Sequence record: JN849462.1
Length of the DNA stretch: 64,000 bases
Reading direction: 5' to 3' (one strand)
Shown piece by piece: positions 26,236 to 39,392 of the stretch. The first letter of the stretch is position 1. Every line of letters begins with the position of its first letter. Both the position numbers and the translations under genes were made by a program. Below the pieces are notes generated by a model. The model made no database searches. It had not been told where the DNA came from and saw only the letters and a program-made list of their open reading frames with translations.

Positions 26236-27773
26236 TGTCAGGAACAAACATATTCACGCACGCGAGTGACGAGGCAAAATATGTTTACCTGCAACCGTTC
26301 ACTTCTCCCGGTTCAGCTTTTGAAGCGGGAGGAGATGTTCAGAGTATTTTGGAGCAAATTGATCCAAGCGCATTGCTACCACTGCCGCCGTTACCTTATG
26401 CAACTCCGACTGAGGACGGTGCAGTTGAGTACTCAACTCAAGCAGAAGCTAATGCACTTGATGATTTATTGACTGTTCTTACACCCGAAACATTAGACGG
26501 TGTTGATCAGTTTGTATCACCAGCAACCGATACTCAGCTAGGTAACTTACTTGAATTACGTTCAAGTGATTTGACTCGAACATATGCATCGTCAGATGCT
26601 AGTCGTTTGCTTTCATACCGTCGTCTTGAAGAAATGATGACGACTAGAAATGCACTTGCCGATGACACAACTAATGAATCTCAGGGGTTTGCTCAGTTTG
26701 CAACTCTAGCTGAATCATTAGCATACAACCCATCACGCATAATCTCGCCTATGCGAACTTGGAACTTGATTAAAAAAGAAATTCCAAACCCGTGGGCGCA
26801 AGCAACCGAGACATCAACCGGTGTCGTTAGAACAGTAGCACCGAGTGATTCATTGAAATCAGATGCTTCTATCGCGATTAGTGTCAAAGGGTTGAATCAT
26901 GTATCAGCAACAACTTCAAAGCGAGGTGCGTTTAAGTTAACACAAAACAACTATGACCGCAATGCAAGTGATGCAAACGAATATGCAATAACTCCCGGTA
27001 CGATTGATAATTTATTGGCAACGAGTGATAAGGTTGGATTCTTTCAACTTCCTGCTACGTTCACAAATGACTCAACTCAAGCAACTAGTGCGGCATTAGG
27101 CTACGAACTTGCAAGTAAACTAGGTCCAGATGGTGGTACGATTACAGGCACGCTTCAATGTGACAACATTTACAGTAATATTGTCACGAGACAAAAGCAA
27201 TACAGCTATGGCGGCTCATATTACGTTAATGTAAAAGAGACACGAGAAGTATTCCCGAATAATCAACTTGATGCTAAAATCGGATTAGCAGGTCGACCAG
27301 TCGGAAGTATTTTCCATTGTACTGAAAATGTAGACCCGAATGTTGTATTTGGCGGCGTGTGGTATAGAATCAGAGCAGGTCAAACAATGATCGGTCAAGG
27401 TACGGGTGATGATGGCGTGCGTCGTCGTTACTTCTCAGCCGGAACATATGGTGATGATGATCGAGTTACATTGTACGAACGTCATTTGCCTAGTCACAGT
27501 CACAAAAGCTGGGGTGAAACATACTCAGGTTCGAAATCTTCATGTGTTAAGTACGGTACATACCGAAACCCGTACGGCGTGACATATTACTGTAAAGAAT
27601 ACAGTTATGTTGATTACTGGCGATTCGGTTATACGGGTAGTCGGAATAATATAGGCATGGGTTCTACTGACCGAGATAATTACATGTATTACACATCACC
27701 GGTAGGTGGCGGTCAAGCTCATGAAAACATGATGCCATTCTATCCCGTTTATATTTGGAGACGAGTTAAATGA
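26235..27773 (+). CDS. 12: Short tail fibre gp12, paralogue 1
   Basis: YATPTEDGAVE-type repeats, collar-like PVGSIF segment, HSH motif. Confidence 0.75.
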   Translation: MSGTNIFTHASDEAKYVYLQPFTSPGSAFEAGGDVQSILEQIDPSALLPLPPLPYATPTEDGAVEYSTQAEANALDDLLTVLTPETLDGVDQFVSPATDTQLGNLLELRSSDLTRTYASSDASRLLSYRRLEEMMTTRNALADDTTNESQGFAQFATLAESLAYNPSRIISPMRTWNLIKKEIPNPWAQATETSTGVVRTVAPSDSLKSDASIAISVKGLNHVSATTSKRGAFKLTQNNYDRNASDANEYAITPGTIDNLLATSDKVGFFQLPATFTNDSTQATSAALGYELASKLGPDGGTITGTLQCDNIYSNIVTRQKQYSYGGSYYVNVKETREVFPNNQLDAKIGLAGRPVGSIFHCTENVDPNVVFGGVWYRIRAGQTMIGQGTGDDGVRRRYFSAGTYGDDDRVTLYERHLPSHSHKSWGETYSGSKSSCVKYGTYRNPYGVTYYCKEYSYVDYWRFGYTGSRNNIGMGSTDRDNYMYYTSPVGGGQAHENMMPFYPVYIWRRVK

Positions 27774-29191
27774 GTAAAGGAACTCAAATTTTCAATCACG
27801 TGATTGATGATGCGGGTACGGTTACAGTTGAAGTCGCTGGTACTGCCTTTGACGGGCAGACTGGCGGCAACGATGATCTTCAGACGTGTCTTGAATTGAT
27901 TCAAGATCACGCTGTTCAGCCGTTACCTGATTACCCAGTCGCGTCAACGACTGTGGCTGGTATTACGAAATTAAGTGATGAAGCCGCTGTAATTGATCCG
28001 CTAAACACAGATAGCGCGGTTACGCCAAGTTCGCTTGATTATTGGATGCAAAATCACGCAACCGCAACTGAATTGCAGTATGGTTTCGTAAAGCTGATAA
28101 CCGAAAGCACAATCGACACAGTAGCACCGTCAGACCCTGTAGAAGCTGCACAAAAGCACGCATTCACGTTAAAAACGCTGAACTACGCTCTTAACACTCG
28201 ATTTTACGCGACTGAATCTGATCCAGGTGCTGTGCGTCTCGCGACGAATGCGCAAGCAACGACAACAGGCACACTTTCAACTACTGTAGCAATGACGCCG
28301 CAGCGAGTTAAAGAAATGCTTGACGTATGGGCAAACACAACTGCATCAGATGCATCCGAAACTACAAAGGGGTTGATTCGTCTAGCAAACGGGACTGAAG
28401 TCAACAGTACATTAGCGACTGAAGATAACTTGGCAATTTCGCCATATCGTTTTAACTTTAGAACAGCAACCACGACTCGTAAGGCAGGGTTTTATCTACC
28501 CGACGCTACAGTTGCCAACGCTCGTGCGTCGAACGAACATGCAGTTACAGTGGGCACATTGAATCTATTCAGTGCAAATAGTTCTCGTGTGGGTGTTGCT
28601 AAAATAGCAAACAATCTGACGACGAATGATCCGTTACAAGCTCTAAGTGCAGCAATGGGTTATAAGTTGAACAACGAGAAGATTGGCGATGCGGGTGGTA
28701 CAGTCACGGGTACGCTGAAGATCAACAATGTTCAGTCAGTCGGCGGAACTCAGTTGATGACTAATGGTCTAATTGAATCACGGGCAATGCTTAATATGTA
28801 TCCAGTCGGTTCAGTTTACATGTCGTTAGTATCAACATCACCTGCTACGCTTTTCGGCGGTACATGGGCTAGATTAGCACAAGGTCGTGTTCTTGTTTCA
28901 GAGGGTTCATATGGCGGGAGAACTTTTGCAGTTCGCCAAACTGGCGGCGAGTATGAAGTTCAGCTAACTGAAGCAACAATACCAGCTCATAAACACGCTG
29001 GTTGGGGTGAACATTACGACGGTAACGGTATCGGGTTTGGCGTTGCGAAGCAATACGGGCGTAATAACCCAGGTTCTCGTAGAACAGACAGTGACAACTA
29101 TCTATACTACACATCGCCGGTCGGCGGTAACCAAGCACACAACAACGTACAGCCATACTATACTGTTTACATGTGGGAAAGAACTGCATAA
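27770..29191 (+). CDS. 12: Short tail fibre gp12, paralogue 2
   Basis: ASETTKGLIRLA repeats, YPVGSVYMS...FGGTW and HKH motifs. Confidence 0.75.
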   Translation: MSKGTQIFNHVIDDAGTVTVEVAGTAFDGQTGGNDDLQTCLELIQDHAVQPLPDYPVASTTVAGITKLSDEAAVIDPLNTDSAVTPSSLDYWMQNHATATELQYGFVKLITESTIDTVAPSDPVEAAQKHAFTLKTLNYALNTRFYATESDPGAVRLATNAQATTTGTLSTTVAMTPQRVKEMLDVWANTTASDASETTKGLIRLANGTEVNSTLATEDNLAISPYRFNFRTATTTRKAGFYLPDATVANARASNEHAVTVGTLNLFSANSSRVGVAKIANNLTTNDPLQALSAAMGYKLNNEKIGDAGGTVTGTLKINNVQSVGGTQLMTNGLIESRAMLNMYPVGSVYMSLVSTSPATLFGGTWARLAQGRVLVSEGSYGGRTFAVRQTGGEYEVQLTEATIPAHKHAGWGEHYDGNGIGFGVAKQYGRNNPGSRRTDSDNYLYYTSPVGGNQAHNNVQPYYTVYMWERTA

Positions 29192-29231
29192 AGACAAGCA
29201 TAGTATAACGCATATGTCAATGTGAATAAAC

Positions 29232-29401
29232 GGGTGAGATTGATTTCTCACCCTTTTTTGTATGAGCGAAGCGGTAGAAACGGATCGAGGCGGAAAAATT
29301 CCGTCTCATCTTAGTAGTATTAGTGGTTTTAGTGAAGTTAGAGATATTAGTATGATTAGTATTAAATACTTGTTTAAATCCATGAATGTACCTGCTATTA
29401 T
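29232..29401 (+). repeat. Conserved intergenic element, copy B (inverted relative to A and C)
   Basis: Terminator 29232-29259, AGCGAAGCGG, hairpin with AAAATT loop, TTAG at 29311, 29320, 29329, 29338, 29347, 29356, then TTTAAA-N17-TATTAT (29373-29401). Confidence 0.8.
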
Positions 29402-29442
29402 AAACGCATAAAGACATCTCCCTCCTTGATCCTTTGTATTGC

Positions 29443-29450
29443 TATAAATA
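29443..29450 (+). promoter_or_regulatory. Late promoter TATAAATA
   Basis: Exact late box upstream of wac. Confidence 0.8.
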
Positions 29451-29489
29451 GTAGTAAGCTATGTTCATTTACAATACAAGGGAACAAAA

Positions 29490-31169
29490 ATGACAATTCA
29501 AAAGCCTATCATTACAGAGCTTAGATATGTAAATGGTCAACCAGATCCTTCTCAACGTCCCGATCAAACTCGAATTAACTGGGCTAAGAATGGTGAAAGC
29601 ATCAATGGTGCTTCTGGTGACACAGTTTCTGACGGTGTGTTAAACCGAGCAGGAGTACAGATCCAAGAAAACGTTCTGAACACACATTATAATACAAAAG
29701 CACAGCAAACGACAATCGAGGAACTTGTCGATACCGTAAACGAACTGACGGGTGGTGGCGACGCAAACCTTGGTGCTCGTGTTTCTCAGACTGAATTCGA
29801 TATTGATGTTCTTGAAAATCAAGTAGATGATCTTCAAGACAATGTTGGTGTACCGTCTACTATTGATGTTATGGCAACCGGTTTATATCGTCGCGCTGAA
29901 GACATCGAAGCTGATATTGGTGTTCGTAACCCAAATGACATCCCAAATGACGTTGAGAATAATGACACGATTCGTAAAGACTTGTATTTCATCAAACGTC
30001 GTATTGGTAACGACCGTAACTATGATGTAAACGGGAATTCTTCTCCAAGTACAAACCCAACTGGTATGAAATATCAGATTGAAGATTTGTATAACAAAAC
30101 TGCAACGATCAATGCTGAAATTGGTGAAAACGCAATCCCGTTGACTATCAATGGTCGTCTGTATGAGTTGGAGCAGAACTCACAGGTCGGTGATGTTGCT
30201 GAAATTCGTAGCGAAATCGGTGATTCTCAAGATGCAGACCCTGCTCGTACGATTTATTTGCGCCTTGACGACGCAGAAAGTGCGATTAGTGACAACTCAT
30301 CAGACATCAATTTGTTGCAACAAGAAATCGAGACTCCAACAACTGGTCTAATTGATCGTGTTTCGGCTAATGAAACTGCAATTTCAGACGGTCAGACGCA
30401 AATCACTGCTAATGCTCAGTCGATTACTGATATTACAACTGATCTCGGATCGTACTCAGTAGGTGACGTGTATGCAGGTACCGTTAAAGCTCGTCTATCG
30501 ACGTTTAACGACGACATTTCTAATCTATGGAGCCGTTTAGGGGCTACTGACGCAGAGACCGGCACAGTGTCTTATAGAGTGGCAGGATTAGAGGCTAGTC
30601 TCGGGGATCGCGATAGCCCGGTTGAATTCACAGCTTGGTACACTATTCAAGAAAACCGTGGTCTGATTGATTCTGCTCAGTCTGAGGTTGACGGTCTTTT
30701 GACTGTGGTTGGTCAGAGTGATACGGAAGTGGGTACTTTGCGTGCTCGTGTTCTTGAGCTTGAAGCCAATTTGGATTATGCAATGTTGACTTCAGACACG
30801 CCAAACACAGCATCATTGACAACAACACCGACAGACATGTTCAGTTTATTCAACGTTGAATCGGACGTAAGTGGTTTTACATACACTGGTGGCGTTTTGA
30901 CCAGAACTGGTCTTGATATTAAGAAGCCGATCATGTTGAACTGGGTAGTTGTTTCTCCGACTACAACAACACTTACAATCAAGATTGATATTGTCAATCC
31001 GAGTGGTAGTGTTACTATCGAAAAAACACGTACGCTTCGTGCGGGATTGGTTACACCGATCAATATTGTTCACGTTGCTGACATTGAAGACACTGGTGAT
31101 ATTACTATTCTTGCTAGTACTGCGGCAAACGTTACGATTGAACACGAATCGTTCTTCATGCAACTATAA
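29490..31169 (+). CDS. wac: Fibritin (Wac), lacking the T4 foldon
   Basis: RINWAKNGE and GVLNRAGVQIQEN N-terminus; long segmented coiled coil. Confidence 0.88.
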   Translation: MTIQKPIITELRYVNGQPDPSQRPDQTRINWAKNGESINGASGDTVSDGVLNRAGVQIQENVLNTHYNTKAQQTTIEELVDTVNELTGGGDANLGARVSQTEFDIDVLENQVDDLQDNVGVPSTIDVMATGLYRRAEDIEADIGVRNPNDIPNDVENNDTIRKDLYFIKRRIGNDRNYDVNGNSSPSTNPTGMKYQIEDLYNKTATINAEIGENAIPLTINGRLYELEQNSQVGDVAEIRSEIGDSQDADPARTIYLRLDDAESAISDNSSDINLLQQEIETPTTGLIDRVSANETAISDGQTQITANAQSITDITTDLGSYSVGDVYAGTVKARLSTFNDDISNLWSRLGATDAETGTVSYRVAGLEASLGDRDSPVEFTAWYTIQENRGLIDSAQSEVDGLLTVVGQSDTEVGTLRARVLELEANLDYAMLTSDTPNTASLTTTPTDMFSLFNVESDVSGFTYTGGVLTRTGLDIKKPIMLNWVVVSPTTTTLTIKIDIVNPSGSVTIEKTRTLRAGLVTPINIVHVADIEDTGDITILASTAANVTIEHESFFMQL

Positions 31170-31179
31170 GGGGTAATTT

Positions 31180-32103
31180 ATGCAAGCGTATAACGCTACA
31201 TCGCCTCGCGAAATGAAAGATTTGATTTTAAGGCGCCTAGGTGCGCCTATTGTCAACGTCGAAGTATCTGAAGATCAGGTATACGACTGTATTTCTCGTG
31301 CGCTTGAATTATACATTGAGTATCACCCAGACGGTGTTAATAAAACGTATTCTATCATTTCATTATCTGAAGAGCAAGCTCAGACAGGCATCATCGACTT
31401 GGATATCCCTGCGACTGCTATCACTAAGATTTTGCGTGCAGAAAGTTCGTTTTTCACTATGGATGGTAATGCTACTTACTCATGGTTTAGTGATTTTCTA
31501 CAAGGTCTAGCTGGCGGTCCCGGTGCAGGATCGTGTAACTCATATCATCAGGGGATGTTAGGTCAAGGTAGTCTAAGTGACTACTGGAACTTGATGTCCT
31601 ACAAAAATATGTTGACTGACTTGTTATCGCCTGAATACGATTATTGGTATAATGGCGTAAACAAGCAGCTTCGAATCAATGCAAACTTGAGTGCAGGTGA
31701 GCTTATTGTAGTTGAAGCATTTGTTCCTAGCGCGTTATTGGTTTCTGAATCAGCAACTGGTATTATAGGTAACAAAGCAGCGACTATCGGCTCGTATGAA
31801 GATACGACTTCACAAGAACGTTGGGATGACCCATACAGCATTCTTCGTCAGAACAACACAATCGGTAACCCGAACCAATTCGCTGAACAAAATGCTTATT
31901 CAGTTCGCTGGGTTAAAGACATGGCAACCGCTATGACTAAGCAAATGAACGGCATTATCTTGAAGAAACATCAAGGGTTGCAATTGCCAGGTGGAATTAC
32001 AATTGATGGTAAGGAAATTTACGATGAGGCAACTCAAGAGATTGAGAGACTACGTGAAGAGCTAATGTCATTGACTGTTCCACTAGGCGTATTCATGGGG
32101 TGA
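31180..32103 (+). CDS. 13: gp13 neck protein
   Basis: LILRRLGAPIVNVEV and LPGGITIDG motifs. Confidence 0.92.
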   Translation: MQAYNATSPREMKDLILRRLGAPIVNVEVSEDQVYDCISRALELYIEYHPDGVNKTYSIISLSEEQAQTGIIDLDIPATAITKILRAESSFFTMDGNATYSWFSDFLQGLAGGPGAGSCNSYHQGMLGQGSLSDYWNLMSYKNMLTDLLSPEYDYWYNGVNKQLRINANLSAGELIVVEAFVPSALLVSESATGIIGNKAATIGSYEDTTSQERWDDPYSILRQNNTIGNPNQFAEQNAYSVRWVKDMATAMTKQMNGIILKKHQGLQLPGGITIDGKEIYDEATQEIERLREELMSLTVPLGVFMG

Positions 32104-32106
32104 TTT

Positions 32107-32943
32107 ATGGGAGCATACGACACTAATACGGGTGGTATGTTCGCTAAGTTAGAAAGTCAAAAAGGGTATGATCAGATTTACAACAATCACTTGGTCAACC
32201 CTTATTTTAACTGGGTGAATCATACTAATGAGCAGAATCTAACTGACATGCTCGTAGCAGAATCAATCATCAACCGAGGGGTTGAATGTGTGTATCTGCG
32301 AAGAGAAATGGAAAAAGTCGATCTTGTGTTCGGCGAAGACCCAATGAGTAAATTCACTCAGAACTTTCGAATGTCTCTTTACGTCGAATCATTTGAGGGG
32401 TGGGATGGTGACGGCGATTGGTACAGTAAATTCGGATTTCAAGTGAATGATGAAATGAACGTCTGTATCAACCCGAAATTATTCGCTCAACAAGGCGACG
32501 GTAAGCAGCCGTTAATGGGTGATTTAATTTACTTCCCGCTTGCAAATAGTCTTTTTGAGATTAGTTGGATTGAGCGCGAAGACCCGTGGTATATGAACGG
32601 TGTTTTACCTATGCGCAAGATGAAAATGACCAAATTCGTTTACTCTGGTGAAGAAATTAATCTTGAGAAGCCAGAGGCAGTCATTGATTCAATTGACGAT
32701 ATTCTAAACTTTGGAGAAGATACTGACGAAATGATTGACATTGACAAAATCAATGCACTTGACGGGCGTTGGGATATTGGTATCGAACAAGGTGCTGAAA
32801 TTACTCAAATCGAAGATGAAGTTGACAAGTTCTATGAGTCTGAGCAAGTCGTGCCTAGCGGCAGTGATGTTCAGCCTACAGACCCGCGCAACGCAACGAT
32901 TGGTTTCAATGTAAATAACAGTAATCCATTCGACAGTTTTTAA
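32107..32943 (+). CDS. 14: gp14 neck protein
   Basis: LVAESIINRGVECVYLRRE, FGEDP and GDLIYFP motifs. Confidence 0.92.
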   Translation: MGAYDTNTGGMFAKLESQKGYDQIYNNHLVNPYFNWVNHTNEQNLTDMLVAESIINRGVECVYLRREMEKVDLVFGEDPMSKFTQNFRMSLYVESFEGWDGDGDWYSKFGFQVNDEMNVCINPKLFAQQGDGKQPLMGDLIYFPLANSLFEISWIEREDPWYMNGVLPMRKMKMTKFVYSGEEINLEKPEAVIDSIDDILNFGEDTDEMIDIDKINALDGRWDIGIEQGAEITQIEDEVDKFYESEQVVPSGSDVQPTDPRNATIGFNVNNSNPFDSF

Positions 32944-32952
32944 GGGGGCATC

Positions 32953-34305
32953 GTGAAAGGGTATTTCTATCACAGATCGATACGAAAATACGTTCTCTTG
33001 ATGGGAAACTTGTTCTCTAACATATACGTGTCTCGCGGAGACGGGTATAGAAAGGTGCCAATTACAGTTTCATCAAAGGAGCACTTTGTTGCATCTTTGA
33101 ACAGTCAAGAGCTTAACGGCGACGGTAGCGTGGCAAATGTAGCTACGCTGCTACCAAGAATTGGCTTGGACATGGTTTCGTGTACGTATGACGCTACGCG
33201 AAAGACAAACATTGCAAATCGTAAGCTGACACGTGACTTTACGGGAGACCGACCTAAGTCGAACAAGTTGTTTAACCCTGTCCCTTACGACTTCGAATTT
33301 GAAGTGAGCGTTTATACGCGACATCAGGATGATGCATTTCAGATTATAGAACAAATACTACCATACTTTCAACCTCAGTTCAATACAATGATCAAAGAGC
33401 TTGATGAAAATGAAGTTGTGGTAGACCAGCGTGATATTCCGATCATCTTAGAATCGGCTGTTCCTGAGACAACGTTCGAGGGTGCGGCTGGTGATATGAG
33501 ACACATCGAATGGACGCTTAACTTGCGAATGAAAGGTTGGCTATATCCGCCTACAAACGCACAGTTTGGTGAAATCAGAACGATTTACCTAAACTTTCAA
33601 GATGAAGAACAAACGATCATTCACGCAGAGCGCGAAGCGGTTACAAGCTCTTACGACATTCTTTGGAAAGTTCGCTCAGAGGTTGAAGCACTTAATACGT
33701 TCGGATGGCGTCATAGCGTTGATAGTCTATACGGTCTTGTATGGAACACACGTGGTGATATTGTCAGCGATCTTGAAATTGACTGGAATCGTCGATTCAG
33801 CATCACAGATGCATTGCAAATTGATTGGTCAACACGTTCAAGCGCGAGTTCTGAGCTATTGGTTGATTGGAATATTCGTGATGTCGTCGGTCGAGACTAC
33901 GATGTTGACTGGTACAACCGTCAGATCATTGAAAGCACATACGAATCGCCTTGGGGCGTATCACCAATTGCTTCTAATGAACTGGCAATCGACTGGGATA
34001 CACGTGAGTTTGTTGAACTCAACACCGACATTCAGTGGTCAGAGGGTGCAATTGCTGAAAGTAGCTTAGATGTTGATTGGAATCGTTCTCAATATGTTGA
34101 AGCAGTGTCAGACATAGATTGGTCGACTCGCGCAGTCGTAACATCGGTCAATGACATAGATTGGTCAACACGTTCTGAACTATCGGCATCTACTGATATT
34201 AACTACAACATGTCTTCACAAGTAACAAGCAGCTACGTAATGTACTACCTACCGGGTGAACTTGCTTGGAACTTCACTGACGTGACGTACAACATTGAAA
34301 ACTAA
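32953..34305 (+). CDS. 15: gp15 tail terminator with a C-terminal 14-residue repeat extension
   Basis: YFYHRSIRKY, LLPRIG and QIIEQILPYFQP motifs; residues about 230-450 are repetitive. Confidence 0.9.
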   Translation: MKGYFYHRSIRKYVLLMGNLFSNIYVSRGDGYRKVPITVSSKEHFVASLNSQELNGDGSVANVATLLPRIGLDMVSCTYDATRKTNIANRKLTRDFTGDRPKSNKLFNPVPYDFEFEVSVYTRHQDDAFQIIEQILPYFQPQFNTMIKELDENEVVVDQRDIPIILESAVPETTFEGAAGDMRHIEWTLNLRMKGWLYPPTNAQFGEIRTIYLNFQDEEQTIIHAEREAVTSSYDILWKVRSEVEALNTFGWRHSVDSLYGLVWNTRGDIVSDLEIDWNRRFSITDALQIDWSTRSSASSELLVDWNIRDVVGRDYDVDWYNRQIIESTYESPWGVSPIASNELAIDWDTREFVELNTDIQWSEGAIAESSLDVDWNRSQYVEAVSDIDWSTRAVVTSVNDIDWSTRSELSASTDINYNMSSQVTSSYVMYYLPGELAWNFTDVTYNIEN

Positions 34306-34359
34306 TACGTATGGTCTTCTAAATATGAAGACCATCCTTATCTTTTTGGAGAGCTAACA

Positions 34360-34908
34360 ATGCCTATCGTAACAGGTGATTTGAAATTTAAGAAAAGTCT
34401 GCACGTAGTTGCAGCGGGACCGGGTAACGGCAATACGCATGATCTAGAAATTGATTCACTTGGTGGCGGTATTAGTGCTACTGAATTAGTGTCTGGTGAA
34501 TTGCACGGTCTTTTTGATGCTGTGCCGTCAGCGGAAGCAGCATCAGGACGTGTTGAGTATCGTTTGATTTACGTACAGAACACACACGCTACATTGACAC
34601 TGTATGATGCGAAAGTATTCATCTTTGCAAATACAGCATCGCCGGATTCAACAATCGAAATCGGTCTGGACCCTGTAGCAGGCAATGGCGTTGACTCGCT
34701 GATCTTGCTAGATGATGAAGTTGACTCAGGCAATGAATTGTCTGCGGTAGTATTCGGTGAACATTCTGATTTCGCATCAGGTCTAGACATCGGTAATCTA
34801 CAAGCAGGTGAACAACGCGCCGTTTGGGTTCGTCGTACAATCAGTCCGGGTGCAGCGGCAGCGGCAGAAACTGCAACAATATCATTGCGCGGTGACACTG
34901 ACGCTTAA
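34360..34908 (+). CDS. Hypothetical, probably a virion protein (182 aa)
   Basis: GGAG RBS, TCTAAATA late-type box at 34318, beta-rich composition. Confidence 0.75.
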   Translation: MPIVTGDLKFKKSLHVVAAGPGNGNTHDLEIDSLGGGISATELVSGELHGLFDAVPSAEAASGRVEYRLIYVQNTHATLTLYDAKVFIFANTASPDSTIEIGLDPVAGNGVDSLILLDDEVDSGNELSAVVFGEHSDFASGLDIGNLQAGEQRAVWVRRTISPGAAAAAETATISLRGDTDA

Positions 34909-35019
34909 ATGCTTATTTTAACGCTGTGTGCAGCTCGTACGCAGCGTTTGTCTATTTTATTGAGTGTTTGTACTCATATTATTGAAAAGACGCTCACAGA
35001 GCGTTTTAGAGAGGAACGT

Positions 35020-37330
<2,311 letters not shown>

Positions 37331-37331
37331 T

Positions 37332-37339
37332 TATAAATA
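37332..37339 (+). promoter_or_regulatory. Late promoter TATAAATA
   Basis: Exact late box upstream of gene 18. Confidence 0.8.
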
Positions 37340-37376
37340 TTGAATGAACAAACAACTTAATGGTAAGGAAAAATAA

Positions 37377-39392
37377 ATGACTCTTTTATCTCCGGGCATC
37401 GAAAATAAAGAGATTAACCTTGCAAGTGCTATCGGTCGTGCGGCTACAGGTCGTGCGGCTATGGTGGGGAAATTTGAGTGGGGTCCAGCTTACAGCATCA
37501 CTCAGGTAACTTCAGAGTCTGACTTGGTTACTATTTTCGGTCGTCCAAACGACTATACCGCAGCTTCATTCATGACTGCAAACAACTTCTTGAAGTATGG
37601 TAACGATCTGCGTTTGGTTCGTATCTGTGATGCAACAACTGCACAGAACGCGACTCCACTGTACAACGCAGTTGAATACACCATCGGTGCTTCAAACGGT
37701 TGTGTTGTGGGTGATGACATTACAATCACTTACTCGGGCGTTGGTGCGCTAACTGCAAAGGGTAAAGTTCTAGAAGTTGACGCTGGTAACAACAACGCTG
37801 CATCGAAGATTTTCTTGCCTTCTGCTGAAATCGTCGCTGCTGCGAAAGCTGACGGGAACTACCCGAGTGTGGGTACTATCACACTTCAGCCAACTCAAGG
37901 TGACATTGCACTAACAAACATTGAAATTATCGACACGGGTTCAGTTTACTTCCCTAACATCGAGCTTGCTTTTGATGCGTTGACAGCAATCGAAACTGAA
38001 GGCGGTGCGCTGAAATACGCTGATCTAATCGAGAAGCAAGGTTTCCCACGTCTTTCTGCACGCTATGTAGGCGACTTTGGTGATGCAATCTCAGTAGAGA
38101 TCATCAACTACGCTGATTATCAGACTGCATTTGCATTCGCAGCGGGTCACACACTAGGCGACATCGAACTTCCAATCTACCCAGATGGCGGTACACGTTC
38201 GATCAACCTATCGAGCTACTTCACATTCGGTCCGTCGAACAGCAATCAATACGCTGTAATCGTTCGTGTATCTGGTGAAGTTGAAGAAGCGTTCATCGTT
38301 TCGACTAACCCAGGCGACAAAGACGTAAACGGTCAATCAATCTTCATTGATGAGTACTTTGAAAACAGTGGGTCGGCTTACATCACTGCTATCGCAGAGG
38401 GATGGAAAACTGAATCTGGTGCGTACAACTTCGGTGGTGGCTCAGATGCTAACGCAGGTGCTGACGATTGGATGTTCGGTCTAGACATGCTATCTGACCC
38501 AGAAGTGCTTTACACTAACCTAGTTATTGCGGGTAACGCGGCGGCTGAAGAAGTTTCAATTGCTTCAACTGTTCAGAAATACGCGATTGACTCAGTTGGT
38601 AACGTTCGTCAAGACTGTGTGGTATTCGTATCTCCGCCTCAGTCACTGATTGTTAACAAGCAAGCAGGTACTGCGGTAGCGAATATTCAAGGCTGGCGTA
38701 CGGGCATCGACCCTACGAATGGTCAAGCAGTAGTTGACAATCTAAACGTAAGCACAACTTACGCAGTGATTGACGGCAACTATAAGTATCAATACGACAA
38801 GTACAACGACCGCAATCGCTGGGTTCCACTAGCAGGTGATATTGCTGGTCTATGTGCGTACACTGATCAAGTATCACAACCTTGGATGTCGCCAGCGGGC
38901 TTCAACCGTGGTCAGATCAAGGGCGTAAACCGTCTAGCAGTAGACTTGCGTCGTGCGCATCGTGATGCACTGTATCAAATCGGTATCAACCCTGTAGTCG
39001 GCTTTGCTGGTCAAGGTTTCGTACTGTACGGTGATAAGACTGCTACACAGCAAGCAAGTGCATTTGACCGCATCAACGTGCGTCGCCTGTTCAACTTGCT
39101 GAAGAAAGCAATCTCAGACGCTGCTAAGTACCGCCTATTTGAATTGAACGATGAGTTCACACGCTCAAGCTTCAAGTCAGAGATCGACGCTTACTTGACT
39201 AACATTCAAGATCTAGGTGGCGTATACGACTTCCGCGTTGTGTGTGATGAGACTAACAACCCTGGCTCTGTCATCGACAGAAACGAGTTTGTGGCAAGTA
39301 TCTACGTGAAACCTGCTAAGTCAATCAACTTCATTACGCTGAACTTCGTAGCAACGTCAACTGACGCTGACTTCGCAGAAATCATCGGTTAA
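37377..39392 (+). CDS. 18: gp18 tail sheath
   Basis: MTLLSPGIE, GKFEWGP and FDRINVRRLF motifs. Confidence 0.96.
   Translation: MTLLSPGIENKEINLASAIGRAATGRAAMVGKFEWGPAYSITQVTSESDLVTIFGRPNDYTAASFMTANNFLKYGNDLRLVRICDATTAQNATPLYNAVEYTIGASNGCVVGDDITITYSGVGALTAKGKVLEVDAGNNNAASKIFLPSAEIVAAAKADGNYPSVGTITLQPTQGDIALTNIEIIDTGSVYFPNIELAFDALTAIETEGGALKYADLIEKQGFPRLSARYVGDFGDAISVEIINYADYQTAFAFAAGHTLGDIELPIYPDGGTRSINLSSYFTFGPSNSNQYAVIVRVSGEVEEAFIVSTNPGDKDVNGQSIFIDEYFENSGSAYITAIAEGWKTESGAYNFGGGSDANAGADDWMFGLDMLSDPEVLYTNLVIAGNAAAEEVSIASTVQKYAIDSVGNVRQDCVVFVSPPQSLIVNKQAGTAVANIQGWRTGIDPTNGQAVVDNLNVSTTYAVIDGNYKYQYDKYNDRNRWVPLAGDIAGLCAYTDQVSQPWMSPAGFNRGQIKGVNRLAVDLRRAHRDALYQIGINPVVGFAGQGFVLYGDKTATQQASAFDRINVRRLFNLLKKAISDAAKYRLFELNDEFTRSSFKSEIDAYLTNIQDLGGVYDFRVVCDETNNPGSVIDRNEFVASIYVKPAKSINFITLNFVATSTDADFAEIIG

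Noticed and set aside
27600-29191. Diversity-generating retroelement (TR/VR) between the two gp12 3' ends
   Set aside because: The differences are ordinary synonymous divergence rather than adenine-specific, and no reverse transcriptase is in the window.
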